Positions 31,633-41,500 of a DNA stretch of 44,515 bases are shown one piece after another (the first letter of the stretch is position 1; the number at the start of each line of letters is the position of its first letter). This DNA is from a virus. The stretch is taken from IMG/VR virus record IMGVR_UViG_3300013947_000010; one strand, 5' to 3'. Below the pieces are notes generated by a model. The model was not told where the DNA came from and ran no database searches. It saw only the letters and a program-made list of their open reading frames with translations. Both the position numbers and the translations under genes were made by a program.

Positions 31633-32073
31633 TTATTCTGTATATTCCTCCCACCCTGCCGGGTAAGCGTCTGGACTCCAAACATTACCGTCAATGGTGG
31701 AACGATACAGCTTGCCGTTGTAGCTCACAATATCACCCGTATTGTAAGCGTCCGTTGCGCCGAGCGGCTGAACCCATTCGGGGTAGCCATCATCGGTCAC
31801 GCCAATCTTCTTATAAAGACTGGTTGCGGTGTCGGGTGTCCATTGCTCTGCGCTCGTATGGTTTTGAAGCACTTGGTAGAGCTGTGGGTCTCCAACGGAG
31901 TTGACCCCATAGCTGAACACTTCCTTGGTGGTGTACGCCTTACCCACCTCGTAGGCTGGAAACACAGAGGGGATTTCCAGCACCTTATCAAGCTGAGTGT
32001 CAGCGTCAAGTGTCCCTACAAACATTTGCAGAGCTTTTCGCATTTCGAGAGCGGCTTGCATAATATCACTCAT
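31633..32073 (-). CDS. Putative carbohydrate-binding (CBM5/12-like) protein
   Basis: The C-terminus (YNTGDIVSYNGKLYRSTIDGNVWSPDAYPAGWEEY) matches the aromatic pattern of chitin-binding-type modules. Confidence 0.45.
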   Translation of the reverse strand: MSDIMQAALEMRKALQMFVGTLDADTQLDKVLEIPSVFPAYEVGKAYTTKEVFSYGVNSVGDPQLYQVLQNHTSAEQWTPDTATSLYKKIGVTDDGYPEWVQPLGATDAYNTGDIVSYNGKLYRSTIDGNVWSPDAYPAGWEEYTE

Positions 32074-32076
32074 GGT

Positions 32077-32388
32077 TTATACCTCCTTTCCCGTCAGCAG
32101 GACAGTCATTGCTTGACGAAGTTCCTCAATCGTGCGATTTCGGTCTTCCTCCGCTTTCTGTTGCTCGGACTTCTGACCGAGAACAAACCAAGATTTTCCG
32201 TCACGAACGATGTTACTGAGGAGAACCATGTCGGTATAGACCTCCTCATTCTCACCATCGAAAATCTTTACCGTACCGAGCTTGTCCTCGAATACGGAGT
32301 CGGCAATCTCACCTTGGGCAATATAGTTATTGCCGTTAAGGGTGAGATTTTCCAACTGTGTACCGTCACTCAGAGTGATTTTGTACAT
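32077..32388 (-). CDS. Hypothetical protein
   Basis: The best start is ATG at 32388 (MYKITLSDG) with GGAGG 9 nt upstream. It overlaps the 3' end of the RT gene. Confidence 0.5.
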   Translation of the reverse strand: MYKITLSDGTQLENLTLNGNNYIAQGEIADSVFEDKLGTVKIFDGENEEVYTDMVLLSNIVRDGKSWFVLGQKSEQQKAEEDRNRTIEELRQAMTVLLTGKEV

Positions 32389-33574
32389 TCTCAAGAACCT
32401 CCTTTAATTGATTGAACAGGGTATCTAAATTTTGTCGTTGCAGTTTGCTCATGATTTTGTAGTGACCTTTGAACCATGATTTGTACCAATTCTCAAACGC
32501 TACGGGAGTTATAACGCCTTTCTCGGCAACCTTTTTCATTTTCCTACGCATATCGGTAAGCCGCTTCGGATTGATTTTCTGAACCACTCTGCCCGTTTCC
32601 GTCAGCGAGTATTGCACTTGCAGAAATCTCCAATAATCAGACAGCTTACAGATACGGGTCTTTCGTAGGTTGACCGTGATACCAATGGTGTCCGCTATTA
32701 CCGTAATATCCTTGAGTAGAGCTTCTAAAAACTCTTTGCTCTCGTCTATCACATAGCTATCATCGGTGTATCGAGCGTAAAACGGCACGGAACAGACGAT
32801 TTTCACATAATTGTCTATGGGTATCGGATAACTGATACCCGCCGCTTGCGCTACTTGGTCTCCGATGTTTAGGTGCTTTCCCATGAACTTTTCGCCCGTC
32901 AAAAGCTGTTTGTCGATTTGAGCGTGTTCCAATGAATTGAAAACCGTGTGCATACAGTTCTTAAATTCATCATCGTCCATATAGGAAACATCAACCTTTG
33001 CACGGTCAAGCGTTTTGCGTAGTAACCACAGGGCGGTAGGGTCTGACACATACTTTTCCACCAACTCATAGAAAACATCGTGACGAATATTGTCGTAGTA
33101 TTTCGAGTAGTCAATCAGTAATATGTAGCCCTCGTTGGAATGGTGTTGTTGGTAATACTTCCGAAGATGGACTAACAATCTCTTTCGTGATAAATCTATC
33201 CCTCTATCTTTTAGACTCGCACAGTTATCATAGATTAGGTACGGTCTGAGGGAGGGCGTTAAGACTTCATCACACAAGCTATGTTTTACAATCCTATCAT
33301 CGAACTGTTCACCGCTCACCCATCGTGTACGACCTCGTTCGTGCAATACGAAGTCCGAGGTTGGCTTAAATTCGTAGGTTCGTTCTTTGAGTTCCCGTTG
33401 TATCTTCGACAGACCGATAAGGTAACTCATTTCAAATTTCTGTATTGGCGGCTTCCAATCGCTACCTTGCTTGGCTCGTAGGAAGCCGTCATACAGAGCA
33501 TTTCCATCAAATATCTCACGCTTATAACCGCAGTTCTCGAAAGAAGCGGTGTCGTGTTTAGCATTTACCGTCAT
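32366..33574 (-). CDS. DGR reverse transcriptase
   Basis: 402-aa ORF with the RT motif C (FYARYTDDSYV) and the NIGDQVAQAAG segment at the position of the DGR-type IGxxxSQ motif. It lies immediately downstream of the TR. Confidence 0.9.
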   Translation of the reverse strand: MTVNAKHDTASFENCGYKREIFDGNALYDGFLRAKQGSDWKPPIQKFEMSYLIGLSKIQRELKERTYEFKPTSDFVLHERGRTRWVSGEQFDDRIVKHSLCDEVLTPSLRPYLIYDNCASLKDRGIDLSRKRLLVHLRKYYQQHHSNEGYILLIDYSKYYDNIRHDVFYELVEKYVSDPTALWLLRKTLDRAKVDVSYMDDDEFKNCMHTVFNSLEHAQIDKQLLTGEKFMGKHLNIGDQVAQAAGISYPIPIDNYVKIVCSVPFYARYTDDSYVIDESKEFLEALLKDITVIADTIGITVNLRKTRICKLSDYWRFLQVQYSLTETGRVVQKINPKRLTDMRRKMKKVAEKGVITPVAFENWYKSWFKGHYKIMSKLQRQNLDTLFNQLKEVLENVQNHSE

Positions 33575-33602
33575 AGCGGAGGGACAATTTCTCCTTTCTC
33601 TG

Positions 33603-33637
33603 ACTCCGAAACGCTCAAATGGCTATTAAATCGGAGT
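33603..33637 (-). promoter_or_regulatory. Hairpin in the TR-to-RT spacer (candidate DGR RNA spacer structure)
   Basis: On the plus strand ACTCCGA (33603..33609) pairs with TCGGAGT (33631..33637), enclosing a 21-nt loop. Confidence 0.35.
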
Positions 33638-34255
33638 ATCGAAATCGGGGCGAACACCGTTGTCGTTGGAAGCGTTGTTGTAGTTCGCATTACCATTGTT
33701 GTTGACATTGGCGAAATTGGCGGCTGAAACAGAAATTGCCCCTTTGAATTTGTTGTCAGATTTTCTCCAACCTTTGATAAGGTTTACTTCTGCCTGTATC
33801 ATTTCCCCGAACCGAAGATACTGGTTCACATCAACAGGAAGCGTTTCAATGGCATATTGCAATTCTTGAGTGAGCGTGTAACACAGCCCGATTGCCCTAT
33901 CTTGGTGAAGTCTCCTCTCTGTGAGTTCTTCCTGTACAGTAGGGTAGATACTGTTTGCAATGTATACCTCCCGTGTGATTGCACGAAGACAATTCACAAT
34001 GGTTTTGCGCTCGTCCTCGATGAACCACTCGTCAAATGCGTCCCATCGTCTTTTCTGCCGTGTGTAAGTAGCTTGCTGTTTTTCATCAAGCTCATCAAAC
34101 GGCTTCCCGAACCGTTTTTCCAATCGCTTTTCGGCTTTGACTGTATCAAAACCGAAATCTCGGAGAAGCAAATCGGTAATATCCTTTCGCAGTTTGGTTA
34201 ATTGATGGAAAACCTCGAACTGTGAGGGTTTCCGTTTGCTTTTCAGTACAGACAT
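33626..34255 (-). CDS. Avd-like DGR accessory protein; the ORF runs on through the TR
   Basis: The best start is ATG at 34255 (MSVLKSKRKPSQF) with GGAGGAA upstream. The protein is helical and basic, with an Avd-like C-terminal helix (AEVNLIKGWRKSD). The last 30 or so codons are the TR itself (AANFANVNNNGNANYNNASNDNGVRP). Confidence 0.55.
   Translation of the reverse strand: MSVLKSKRKPSQFEVFHQLTKLRKDITDLLLRDFGFDTVKAEKRLEKRFGKPFDELDEKQQATYTRQKRRWDAFDEWFIEDERKTIVNCLRAITREVYIANSIYPTVQEELTERRLHQDRAIGLCYTLTQELQYAIETLPVDVNQYLRFGEMIQAEVNLIKGWRKSDNKFKGAISVSAANFANVNNNGNANYNNASNDNGVRPDFDTPI
33647..33727 (-). repeat. DGR template repeat (TR)
   Basis: The 81-nt core contains 25 adenines on the coding strand, mostly in AAY codons. 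It aligns without gaps to VR1 and VR2. Confidence 0.9.
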
Positions 34256-34273
34256 TGTAGTTCCTCCATGTGT

Positions 34274-34292
34274 GCGCCCCATAAAGGGGCGC
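34274..34292 (-). promoter_or_regulatory. GC hairpin downstream of VR1 (DGR target-recognition element)
   Basis: The sequence is GCGCCCC-ATAAA-GGGGCGC, located 5 nt past the target-1 stop codon. Confidence 0.8.
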
Positions 34293-34296
34293 AGAT

Positions 34297-35472
34297 TTAA
34301 GATTTAATAGAGAAAGCGGGGCGAACACCGAGGCCGGCGGAAGCGTAGCCGTAGGCCGCAAGACCAGTGTCGTCGACATAGGCGAAATGGGCGGCTGATG
34401 CAACATCTCTCAGCCAGAACCATTGTCTATTGGAAATCATAGACGGGTCGTGAGCAAAGAGCGGGAACTGAGACTTGTCGATGATGTACAGATACGGAGT
34501 GGTCGAGCCATCGTTACCCGCACCGAAAATCTTACCGCCGTAAACATTCTGTTCGGTCATAAGCTCAACTGTACTGTTGTACCAAGAACCACCGCTCGGC
34601 TTACCGTTGGTAACGGCATTGACGAGCAACTGACGATGGGACAGGATATGACTTGAGCCAAATGCGCTGTTGATTTGTGTCTTTGCCTGTGCAAGCCCCT
34701 CTGTGTACATCTTAGAGCCGATGTAACCACCCGTAGTGATGTTCGTGTCGTTCATAACATGGGTGTACAGGTTTGTATCGGGGACAATTACGACATGATG
34801 GGTGGTGCAAGAGGTATCTCCCGTCTTGTAGTAATAATCGAAAGCGGCAATACGCCAGTTGACACCACCGATTACCCAGTAATCTCCGATGTACAGGTCG
34901 GCAAAAGTGCCGTTTGCAATAGCCGCCCATTGTGCGGCGGTCACGCTCGTGCCGAGGTTCTTACCACGATAGATAGCATTGTGCGCCCCCGCATTATTGA
35001 ACAGCAGAGCCGCCAGCTCGGTTGCACTTGCCTGTGCCGCCTGTGCGGAATTTGCCGCCGAGGTTGCGCTTCCACTCGCCGCTGTCGCAGAGTTCGCCGC
35101 CGCCGTTGCTTTCTGAGAAGCGGTAGTAGCGGAGGAACTTGCAGAAGAAGCCGAGCTTGCGGCGGCGGTTTTTGCGTTCTCAGCGTTCTGTGCCGATGTT
35201 GCCGCTTCGGACGCTTTTGTGGTCGCTGTACTGGCGGCATTGGTAGCCTGTGTTGCTTTCTGAGAAATGGTGTCCATGTTCCCGGCAAGCTGGTTCATGG
35301 CGGCGTTCATGGCGTTTGCGTCTGCCGCCCCGAAGAAAGACTTTTCCTTTTTGGTGTACACGGTCATGTCCTTAAAGGAAACTGTACCGTCCTCGTTGTT
35401 GACCTGTGCATACTTTTTCAACCCATTCCACACAGCGTCTTCATAATCCGTGGGTAAATTTGTCCATGCCAT
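34297..35472 (-). CDS. DGR target protein 1: tail fibre / receptor-binding protein with a C-type-lectin-fold variable C-terminus
   Basis: 391-aa ORF with a MAWTNLPTDY N-terminus, an Ala/Ser/Thr-rich coiled stalk, and a C-terminus (WFWLRD...GVRPAFSIKS) that contains VR1. Confidence 0.85.
   Translation of the reverse strand: MAWTNLPTDYEDAVWNGLKKYAQVNNEDGTVSFKDMTVYTKKEKSFFGAADANAMNAAMNQLAGNMDTISQKATQATNAASTATTKASEAATSAQNAENAKTAAASSASSASSSATTASQKATAAANSATAASGSATSAANSAQAAQASATELAALLFNNAGAHNAIYRGKNLGTSVTAAQWAAIANGTFADLYIGDYWVIGGVNWRIAAFDYYYKTGDTSCTTHHVVIVPDTNLYTHVMNDTNITTGGYIGSKMYTEGLAQAKTQINSAFGSSHILSHRQLLVNAVTNGKPSGGSWYNSTVELMTEQNVYGGKIFGAGNDGSTTPYLYIIDKSQFPLFAHDPSMISNRQWFWLRDVASAAHFAYVDDTGLAAYGYASAGLGVRPAFSIKS
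34318..34398 (-). repeat. DGR variable repeat 1 (VR1)
   Basis: The 81-nt alignment to the TR shows 17 differences, all at TR adenine positions. Confidence 0.9.
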
Positions 35473-35898
35473 TTAGAAATCTCCTCCCATTCCAAAATTC
35501 CATTTGAATTTTCGTCTACCCTCGTATTGGTTTGTGAGCTTATCATAGAGGTCTAAGATAGCTCCCTCCAACCTGTTCAACTCTGCGTAGTCCATCGTCC
35601 TACCGTTATCGGAATAGGTCGGAGCAGTACCGTAAGACATCTTGAGGGTCTTTGCGTTTATCATTGTCAAATTCTGTTCCATTTTGTTGATTTCTTCCGC
35701 ATAGAAGTAATCAGCCGTGGTTTTGTCAGCACCGACAGCGGTAATGGAAAACTCCTCATACACCTTGACGGCTAAATCACGAAGATAGACGAGGTTGTTT
35801 TTGATACGGTTAAAGTCCACAGCGTTGAACCTATCACCCGTATAGACACCGTTTACGACAGCACCGTACCAATCTGTTTTTGGTGTAGTCCATGCCAT
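35473..35898 (-). CDS. Tail fibre-associated protein
   Basis: 141-aa ORF whose N-terminus (MAWTTPKTDW) is paralogous to that of target 1. Its stop codon abuts the target-1 start codon. Confidence 0.5.
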   Translation of the reverse strand: MAWTTPKTDWYGAVVNGVYTGDRFNAVDFNRIKNNLVYLRDLAVKVYEEFSITAVGADKTTADYFYAEEINKMEQNLTMINAKTLKMSYGTAPTYSDNGRTMDYAELNRLEGAILDLYDKLTNQYEGRRKFKWNFGMGGDF

Positions 35899-35901
35899 AC
35901 A

Positions 35902-38121
35902 TTAACCTCCTACTCTACGAACGGTGACTTTCCCGCCGAACGCCTGATTGAATTTAATCGTGTGCCGATAGACCATTACTTTCATGCCGGGGTGGAACTC
36001 GTTCTCTTGGAAAATAATGTCGTTTGCGTCCAGTTCGGGATTGCCCCGTGTTTCATACTCGTACTCAATACCCGCTGAGTAGTAGTCCCCAAGCCAATCG
36101 GCAAGGTCTTGAGCCATTTTCATATCGGAAATCAGCGGATTTTCCCACTTGATTGTCCTACCTCTCGCATTAAGGGACTTGGTAGCGTACCGTTCAACGA
36201 TTTTGTACCGATAGCCCTGTACCTCAAGATTGAAAGTGCCTGTCACAAGGTATCGGAGTGTTACGAAATAGTTACCCCATGCAACGACCTCCGCTTTGCC
36301 GCTCTCTTGATTGAGGAGTGGTCTGTAACCATAGGAGGGGTCTTGCACATAGTAGGTCTCTACATCACCCGCCGTAACCTCTACCTCCTCGTAAACAAGG
36401 TTCTCCTCTCGGTTGCCTGTCTGATAGGTATAGCACGGAACAATGACCTCTTTCACAAGCTCCTGTTTGATAGCTTTCGGGGAGGAAAGCATATCCTTAC
36501 GGGTCATGGTGAAATGCGTCAAATCACTAAAGGAAATGTAGTTCAGTAAGATACGGTTATTCGGGGTCTGTGTTCCGTCAAAGGTAAGGGTCATTTTGTC
36601 CATATCCTCGAACGGCGTGAGAATAACCATCGTCTTAGAGATTTCGCTTTCCTGCGGCGTGTAGGTCTTGAGAAGCGTAGCCCCCTTATAGGCACGGATT
36701 GTAAATCCCGATGGAAGAACACTACCGAAAACGAGCTTTACACCCTCAAAGGTCTTGGCTGACGCAAGGGAAATCGTTACGACAGGCTTTGTAGTAAATA
36801 CGCCGTTTGCGTTGGATTGCTGAGAGGAAACATAGCCCGTATTGAGCGTTGCCGTCCCTGTCTTCGGGAGGAAATACATACCTCCATCGACTACGGCGTA
36901 ATCCGTGGAAAGTGAACCATACTCGTCCTTTTCGCTGTTGTCGAGAATTGCGCTTGATTTCGAGTAAGAGGTCTCACCATTGGAGCTTACCGTGATTTCG
37001 GGAACGATAAGAGAGGTAATCTGTACCTCACCTTTTCGACTCTGCATAAGCGTACAACGACAAGCATTGGCAATAATCTGTAACGCTTCCTTGTGCTTTA
37101 CTCTCGGTATGGGGTTATTCGTCTTGAGACTCTTTAACCGCTCCTCGATGGAGTAGTGCGTCACACCAGCGTCTATCAGAATTTCCTTTGCCAAATCGTA
37201 GTAGCTCTTGCCTGTCTGACTGTACAGACCCTTGATATACTCGGAGTCCATTGTACGGAAAACATCTTGGCAACGAATAGTAGCCGTATTATCGTCCGAC
37301 TCCCACTCCGAACAGCGGAGGTGATTTCCCTGTACCCACTCGATTTCGTCCGAGTCCGGCAACTGATAGCCGAACATAATGTCCATTTCCTGTCCCGTTT
37401 CGAGGTAGTTAATGGAGGACTTCGGGTTATCCACATTGAAATAGTGGTCGTAGTTCTTCAAGGTTACGGAGAAATCAATCTGCGGTACATCTGCCCCAAT
37501 GGGGGAAATATAGCTTTCAAGAGAAGACCCCATAACGCTGTCATTGTAGTAAACAAGTCCGTAGCCGAAGCGGATAGAGTAAATACGAAGTCTGCTCTGC
37601 GGGTTCTTCATCTTGTACACAATCAGTTTGAGAGAAGTCGTGTTCTCGAAAACCTCCTCTGTCGTAAAAACGGCTTGGTCGTTGTTTCGGAACTCGACCG
37701 TATTGGAGTCTCCCACCAAATCGAAGTTTAGGGGGTAGCTTTCTCCGAAATTGATGGTGATACCCTTAAAGTCAATCGCAATGGTGTTAAGGGAGATTGT
37801 CAATTCGTATTGTCCCGCCGAAACAAGCCCTGCTCCAATAAGCCCCGTGTCATAAAACTTATTTGCGGAGGACGCTTTCGGAAGAAAGAACATCGAACCG
37901 TCAACTCTCGTAAAATTCTCCTCCATAGTGGCATAAATGGTATCGTCCGTATGCTCACCAAAGAGGTTGTCTTTGTTGGAATAATAGGCGAAGTTTCCGC
38001 TTGAGATAGAAGCCTTTGCCTGTGCTTCCTGGTTGACAAGACCAAAGGTTATCATGATATATCCTCGCTCACGGAGGGAGGATTTCATGCTTTCTTGATA
38101 CTCTTTAGATACTCTCTGCAT
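35902..38121 (-). CDS. Tail tip / baseplate protein (Tal-like by position)
   Basis: 739-aa ORF, the second gene after the tape measure gene. Confidence 0.55.
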   Translation of the reverse strand: MQRVSKEYQESMKSSLRERGYIMITFGLVNQEAQAKASISSGNFAYYSNKDNLFGEHTDDTIYATMEENFTRVDGSMFFLPKASSANKFYDTGLIGAGLVSAGQYELTISLNTIAIDFKGITINFGESYPLNFDLVGDSNTVEFRNNDQAVFTTEEVFENTTSLKLIVYKMKNPQSRLRIYSIRFGYGLVYYNDSVMGSSLESYISPIGADVPQIDFSVTLKNYDHYFNVDNPKSSINYLETGQEMDIMFGYQLPDSDEIEWVQGNHLRCSEWESDDNTATIRCQDVFRTMDSEYIKGLYSQTGKSYYDLAKEILIDAGVTHYSIEERLKSLKTNNPIPRVKHKEALQIIANACRCTLMQSRKGEVQITSLIVPEITVSSNGETSYSKSSAILDNSEKDEYGSLSTDYAVVDGGMYFLPKTGTATLNTGYVSSQQSNANGVFTTKPVVTISLASAKTFEGVKLVFGSVLPSGFTIRAYKGATLLKTYTPQESEISKTMVILTPFEDMDKMTLTFDGTQTPNNRILLNYISFSDLTHFTMTRKDMLSSPKAIKQELVKEVIVPCYTYQTGNREENLVYEEVEVTAGDVETYYVQDPSYGYRPLLNQESGKAEVVAWGNYFVTLRYLVTGTFNLEVQGYRYKIVERYATKSLNARGRTIKWENPLISDMKMAQDLADWLGDYYSAGIEYEYETRGNPELDANDIIFQENEFHPGMKVMVYRHTIKFNQAFGGKVTVRRVGG

Positions 38122-38125
38122 AAAA

Positions 38126-38497
38126 TCACTCTCCCGTGTCGATAAGATTAACCTTGCAATTCGTGTAATGAGTGGGCTTTCCGTTCCCGTCTACCCAATA
38201 CGGCTCTGCGCTTCGGTCTCCACAGTACATTCGTACTGTTTTCCGAGCGTTGGTAACAGGGTCGTTGAAAGTCACATAGAAAAAGAAATCGGAAATTGCG
38301 GTGAGAATGTTCTCCCATTGTTCAGCGGTAAGCCAAGCCCATTCAAGACCGTCAATCTTGTACTGGTCTCGGCCTACACGCTGTCCAACGACCGCACCGT
38401 TAGCGTCACGGCCGGAGTTCACAACCGTGGTGACGATTACTCTGACACCTCGCTTGCAAGGAGGTAACTCATAACCGTTTATTGCTAAATATGCCAT
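38126..38497 (-). CDS. Small tail protein (occupies the distal tail position)
   Basis: 123-aa ORF immediately after the tape measure gene. Confidence 0.45.
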   Translation of the reverse strand: MAYLAINGYELPPCKRGVRVIVTTVVNSGRDANGAVVGQRVGRDQYKIDGLEWAWLTAEQWENILTAISDFFFYVTFNDPVTNARKTVRMYCGDRSAEPYWVDGNGKPTHYTNCKVNLIDTGE

Positions 38498-38509
38498 TTT
38501 GTTACCTCC

Positions 38510-41500
38510 TTACTTTGCGAATACATAACCGTTAGCTTTCTGCTGTGTCACCACAGCGTCATTGATAGTACGGTTGCCAATCTGAACAATGGTTCGCTCC
38601 TCCTTGTCAGCCTGTCTCTTAGCGTCCGTAGCGATTTCCCGCAAGGTGGGTTCAACATACTCTCGGTAAAAATCACGCATGGTGGAAGCCATCGTACTTT
38701 CATCACGGGAGTTTCTGTAAACACTCTCGGACTCGTCATAGACGGACTGCGAAAGGAAGTTCGAGGGGTCATAGGTCACTTGAGTAGCGAGATGGGAGTT
38801 CACAGCGTCCGCACTTACAAGGACAGAACGAATGATAGCGTTCGCACTCGTAACCAAGGTGCTGTTGAGCGTTCTCCAAATGGGGAGGAACTGCGCCATA
38901 CCCGCAATGATGGAACTGTGCATAATCTGTCCCATCTGGAAACGGTTGAGGACTTCGGTAGTGCCGTTCACATGACCTACCATTTCCGCACCGTTCTCAC
39001 CAGCTAAGAACATAGAGCCGTGGAGACTTGCCCCTCCTGCGTACTTCGGAATAGACTGCCAAAAACTGTTCGGCGTGATGATACCGCCGTCAGCCATCAG
39101 CTTAAATGCGCCGGAAGCAGAAATCGTACCGCCGTCAGAAAGACCGAGCCAATTCTTAATGCTTCCCCACCAACCCTTTAACAGATTGACGGTTACGCTG
39201 ACCGAGCCGCCGATATACTGTGATACCCAAGAGGAGACATAGTACCAACCGTTTTTGGCAAGACCAATCGCCTTGTTGACAGCACCGCCCATATTGTTCG
39301 ATACCCAATTCGAGACCGTACTCCATGCGTTTTTCACAAGCCCAACGGCTTTGTTTACCGCACCGCCGATAGAATTTTCGACCCAACTCTTGACGGTACT
39401 CCAACCATTTTTAATAAGGTTGATAGCCTGTGAGAGTGTAGGAATGTTGCCAATCCAGTTCTTTACGGTAGACCAGCCGCTCTTAATGAGGTTGATTGCT
39501 TGCGACAGAACGGGGATATTTCCAACCCAAGTCTTGACCGACTTCCACCCCTCTTTAACAAGCTGTATCGCTTGGTCTAAGGTGGGGATATTACCGACCC
39601 AACCTTTAACGGTCTGCCACCCTTTCTTCACAAGGTCGATACCCTGTGAAATAACAGGAATGTTGCCAATCCACTCTTTGACGGAGTTCCATTTCTCTTT
39701 CACAAGCGAGATAGCCTGTGAGAGTGTAGGAATGTTGCCAATCCAGTTCTTTACGGTAGACCAACCTTTCTTCGCAAGCGAAACAAAGGCTTCAATCGAA
39801 ATACCCTCTCCGGCGTTCTCATTCCACCAAGACTTAGCCTTGTTCCACCACTCGGAAGCGGTGTTCTTGATGTTCACGACCAAATCCGAAATCGGGTTAT
39901 CCTTGATGAACTTGGAAATGGGGTCGATGATATTCTTCTTCACCCACTTACCGATAGCCTTAAACGGCTTTGCAAGTCCCGCCAACAGACCCTCGCCAAG
40001 ATACACACCCACTTCGTCACGGAAGACCGTAGACGGAGAGTGAATACCGAGAGCTTCCTTGAAACCATCAACGAACCCCTTGATGAAATCGGTGATAGCC
40101 TTGATAGCGGTGTTCCACCCCTCAACAATGCCGTCCCAAATCGCCTGTCCAACATCTTTGAACCATTGCCCAATGTCTTTCAGCGCATTTGGGAGCGTTT
40201 CGGTGAAGAATGTCACAAAGCTCGTTTTGATTTTCTCCCACAGTTCGGGAATTGTCTGTGTGAAGAAGTTCGGGAGTGTTTCGGTGAAAAATGTCTTAAA
40301 GGACGATTTCACCGTTTCCCATACTTCGGGGAGCGTTTCGGTGAAGAACTTCTTGAAAGCATTGCAAATGTTCTTGACCGCCGTACCGACCTTATAGCCC
40401 ACATCATGACCGAACTGAGACCAGTCGAAATCCTTGATAGGCTGTAACAGGTCAGACCACCATTTACGGATTGTTTCGGGCAGATTTTTGAGCCAACTCA
40501 CAAAATCATTCCAAATACCGGGGATTGTTACGGTGAAGAAGTTATGGAAGAAATCTTTGATTTCCTCCCAATGCTCTGTGATAGCGATAATGCCGTCCGT
40601 GACAAGACCAACGGCGAGACCAATCAAAGCACCGATACCCGCTCCTATCGGGCCACCACAAGCACCGATAATAGCACCGATGCCTGCCGCCGCCGCTGTT
40701 GAGCCAGCGGGGATAAGCAGACCATTGAGCCAGTTCAGACCGTTCTTGATTGCGTCCCAAATACCAACGAAATAAGCGGGAATACCAGCAATAATACCCA
40801 TGACTCCCGCTCCGAGAGCCGCACCCGCCGCCGTAGCAGAGCCGAGTCCAAGGTTTGTTGCCGCCGTACTGAGCGCACTCGCAACGGCACTATCGGCAAA
40901 TGCCGAGGTAATCCACGCCGCAAGCCCCTTACCGAGAACTGCGCCGCCGCCCACAGACAAGATACCGCCGCTGATAATCTGAGCAAAGTTCTCACCATCA
41001 AGCGCATTTTTAACTGCGTCAATGAGACCCGCCGCTTCGAGAGCGATACCCGTGATAAGCAATGTGATACCTACCGTAATCGTGAGCGGAGTGCCTAAGC
41101 CGAAACCTTTCAACTGGTTAATCCATTGCAGAGCGTCAAGAACGCCCTTAGAGACTTTCCACGCCGCCATACCAAGACCGATTGCGCCAACCGTAGTCAA
41201 AATATGACCGAGACGAGTATGAAAGAGGTCGCTCCAGCTGTCGATTTCACCCGTCAAGCCGAGCCATTCTTTCATCTTCTCAACAATGCTACCAACCTTA
41301 GACTCCACAAGACCACCGAGGAAGTCATACTGCGGGAGGTCAATGTCAAAACCGCCACCCCCAGCGCCGCTTCCTGCTCCTCCACTACCACTCGAACCAT
41401 CGTCCTGTCGAATGATGTTGAGTTCGTCAATGCCGAGTAGATTATCTTTCAGTTTCTTCGCCGCCTTTGCCGCACCGCCGAAACCGTCCTCTGCACTTTC

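Larger units (their letters stand above)
32366..35472 (-). mobile_element. Diversity-generating retroelement cassette (target 1 with VR1, avd-like gene, TR, RT)
   Basis: Contains a colinear target gene, accessory gene, template repeat and reverse transcriptase. TR and VR differ only at adenine positions. Confidence 0.9.

Noticed and set aside
39150-39790. Regularly spaced repeats that could be mistaken for a CRISPR array.
   Set aside because: The repeats are in frame inside the tape measure ORF. They are contiguous 72-nt units without unique spacers, and they encode a conserved 24-aa motif.
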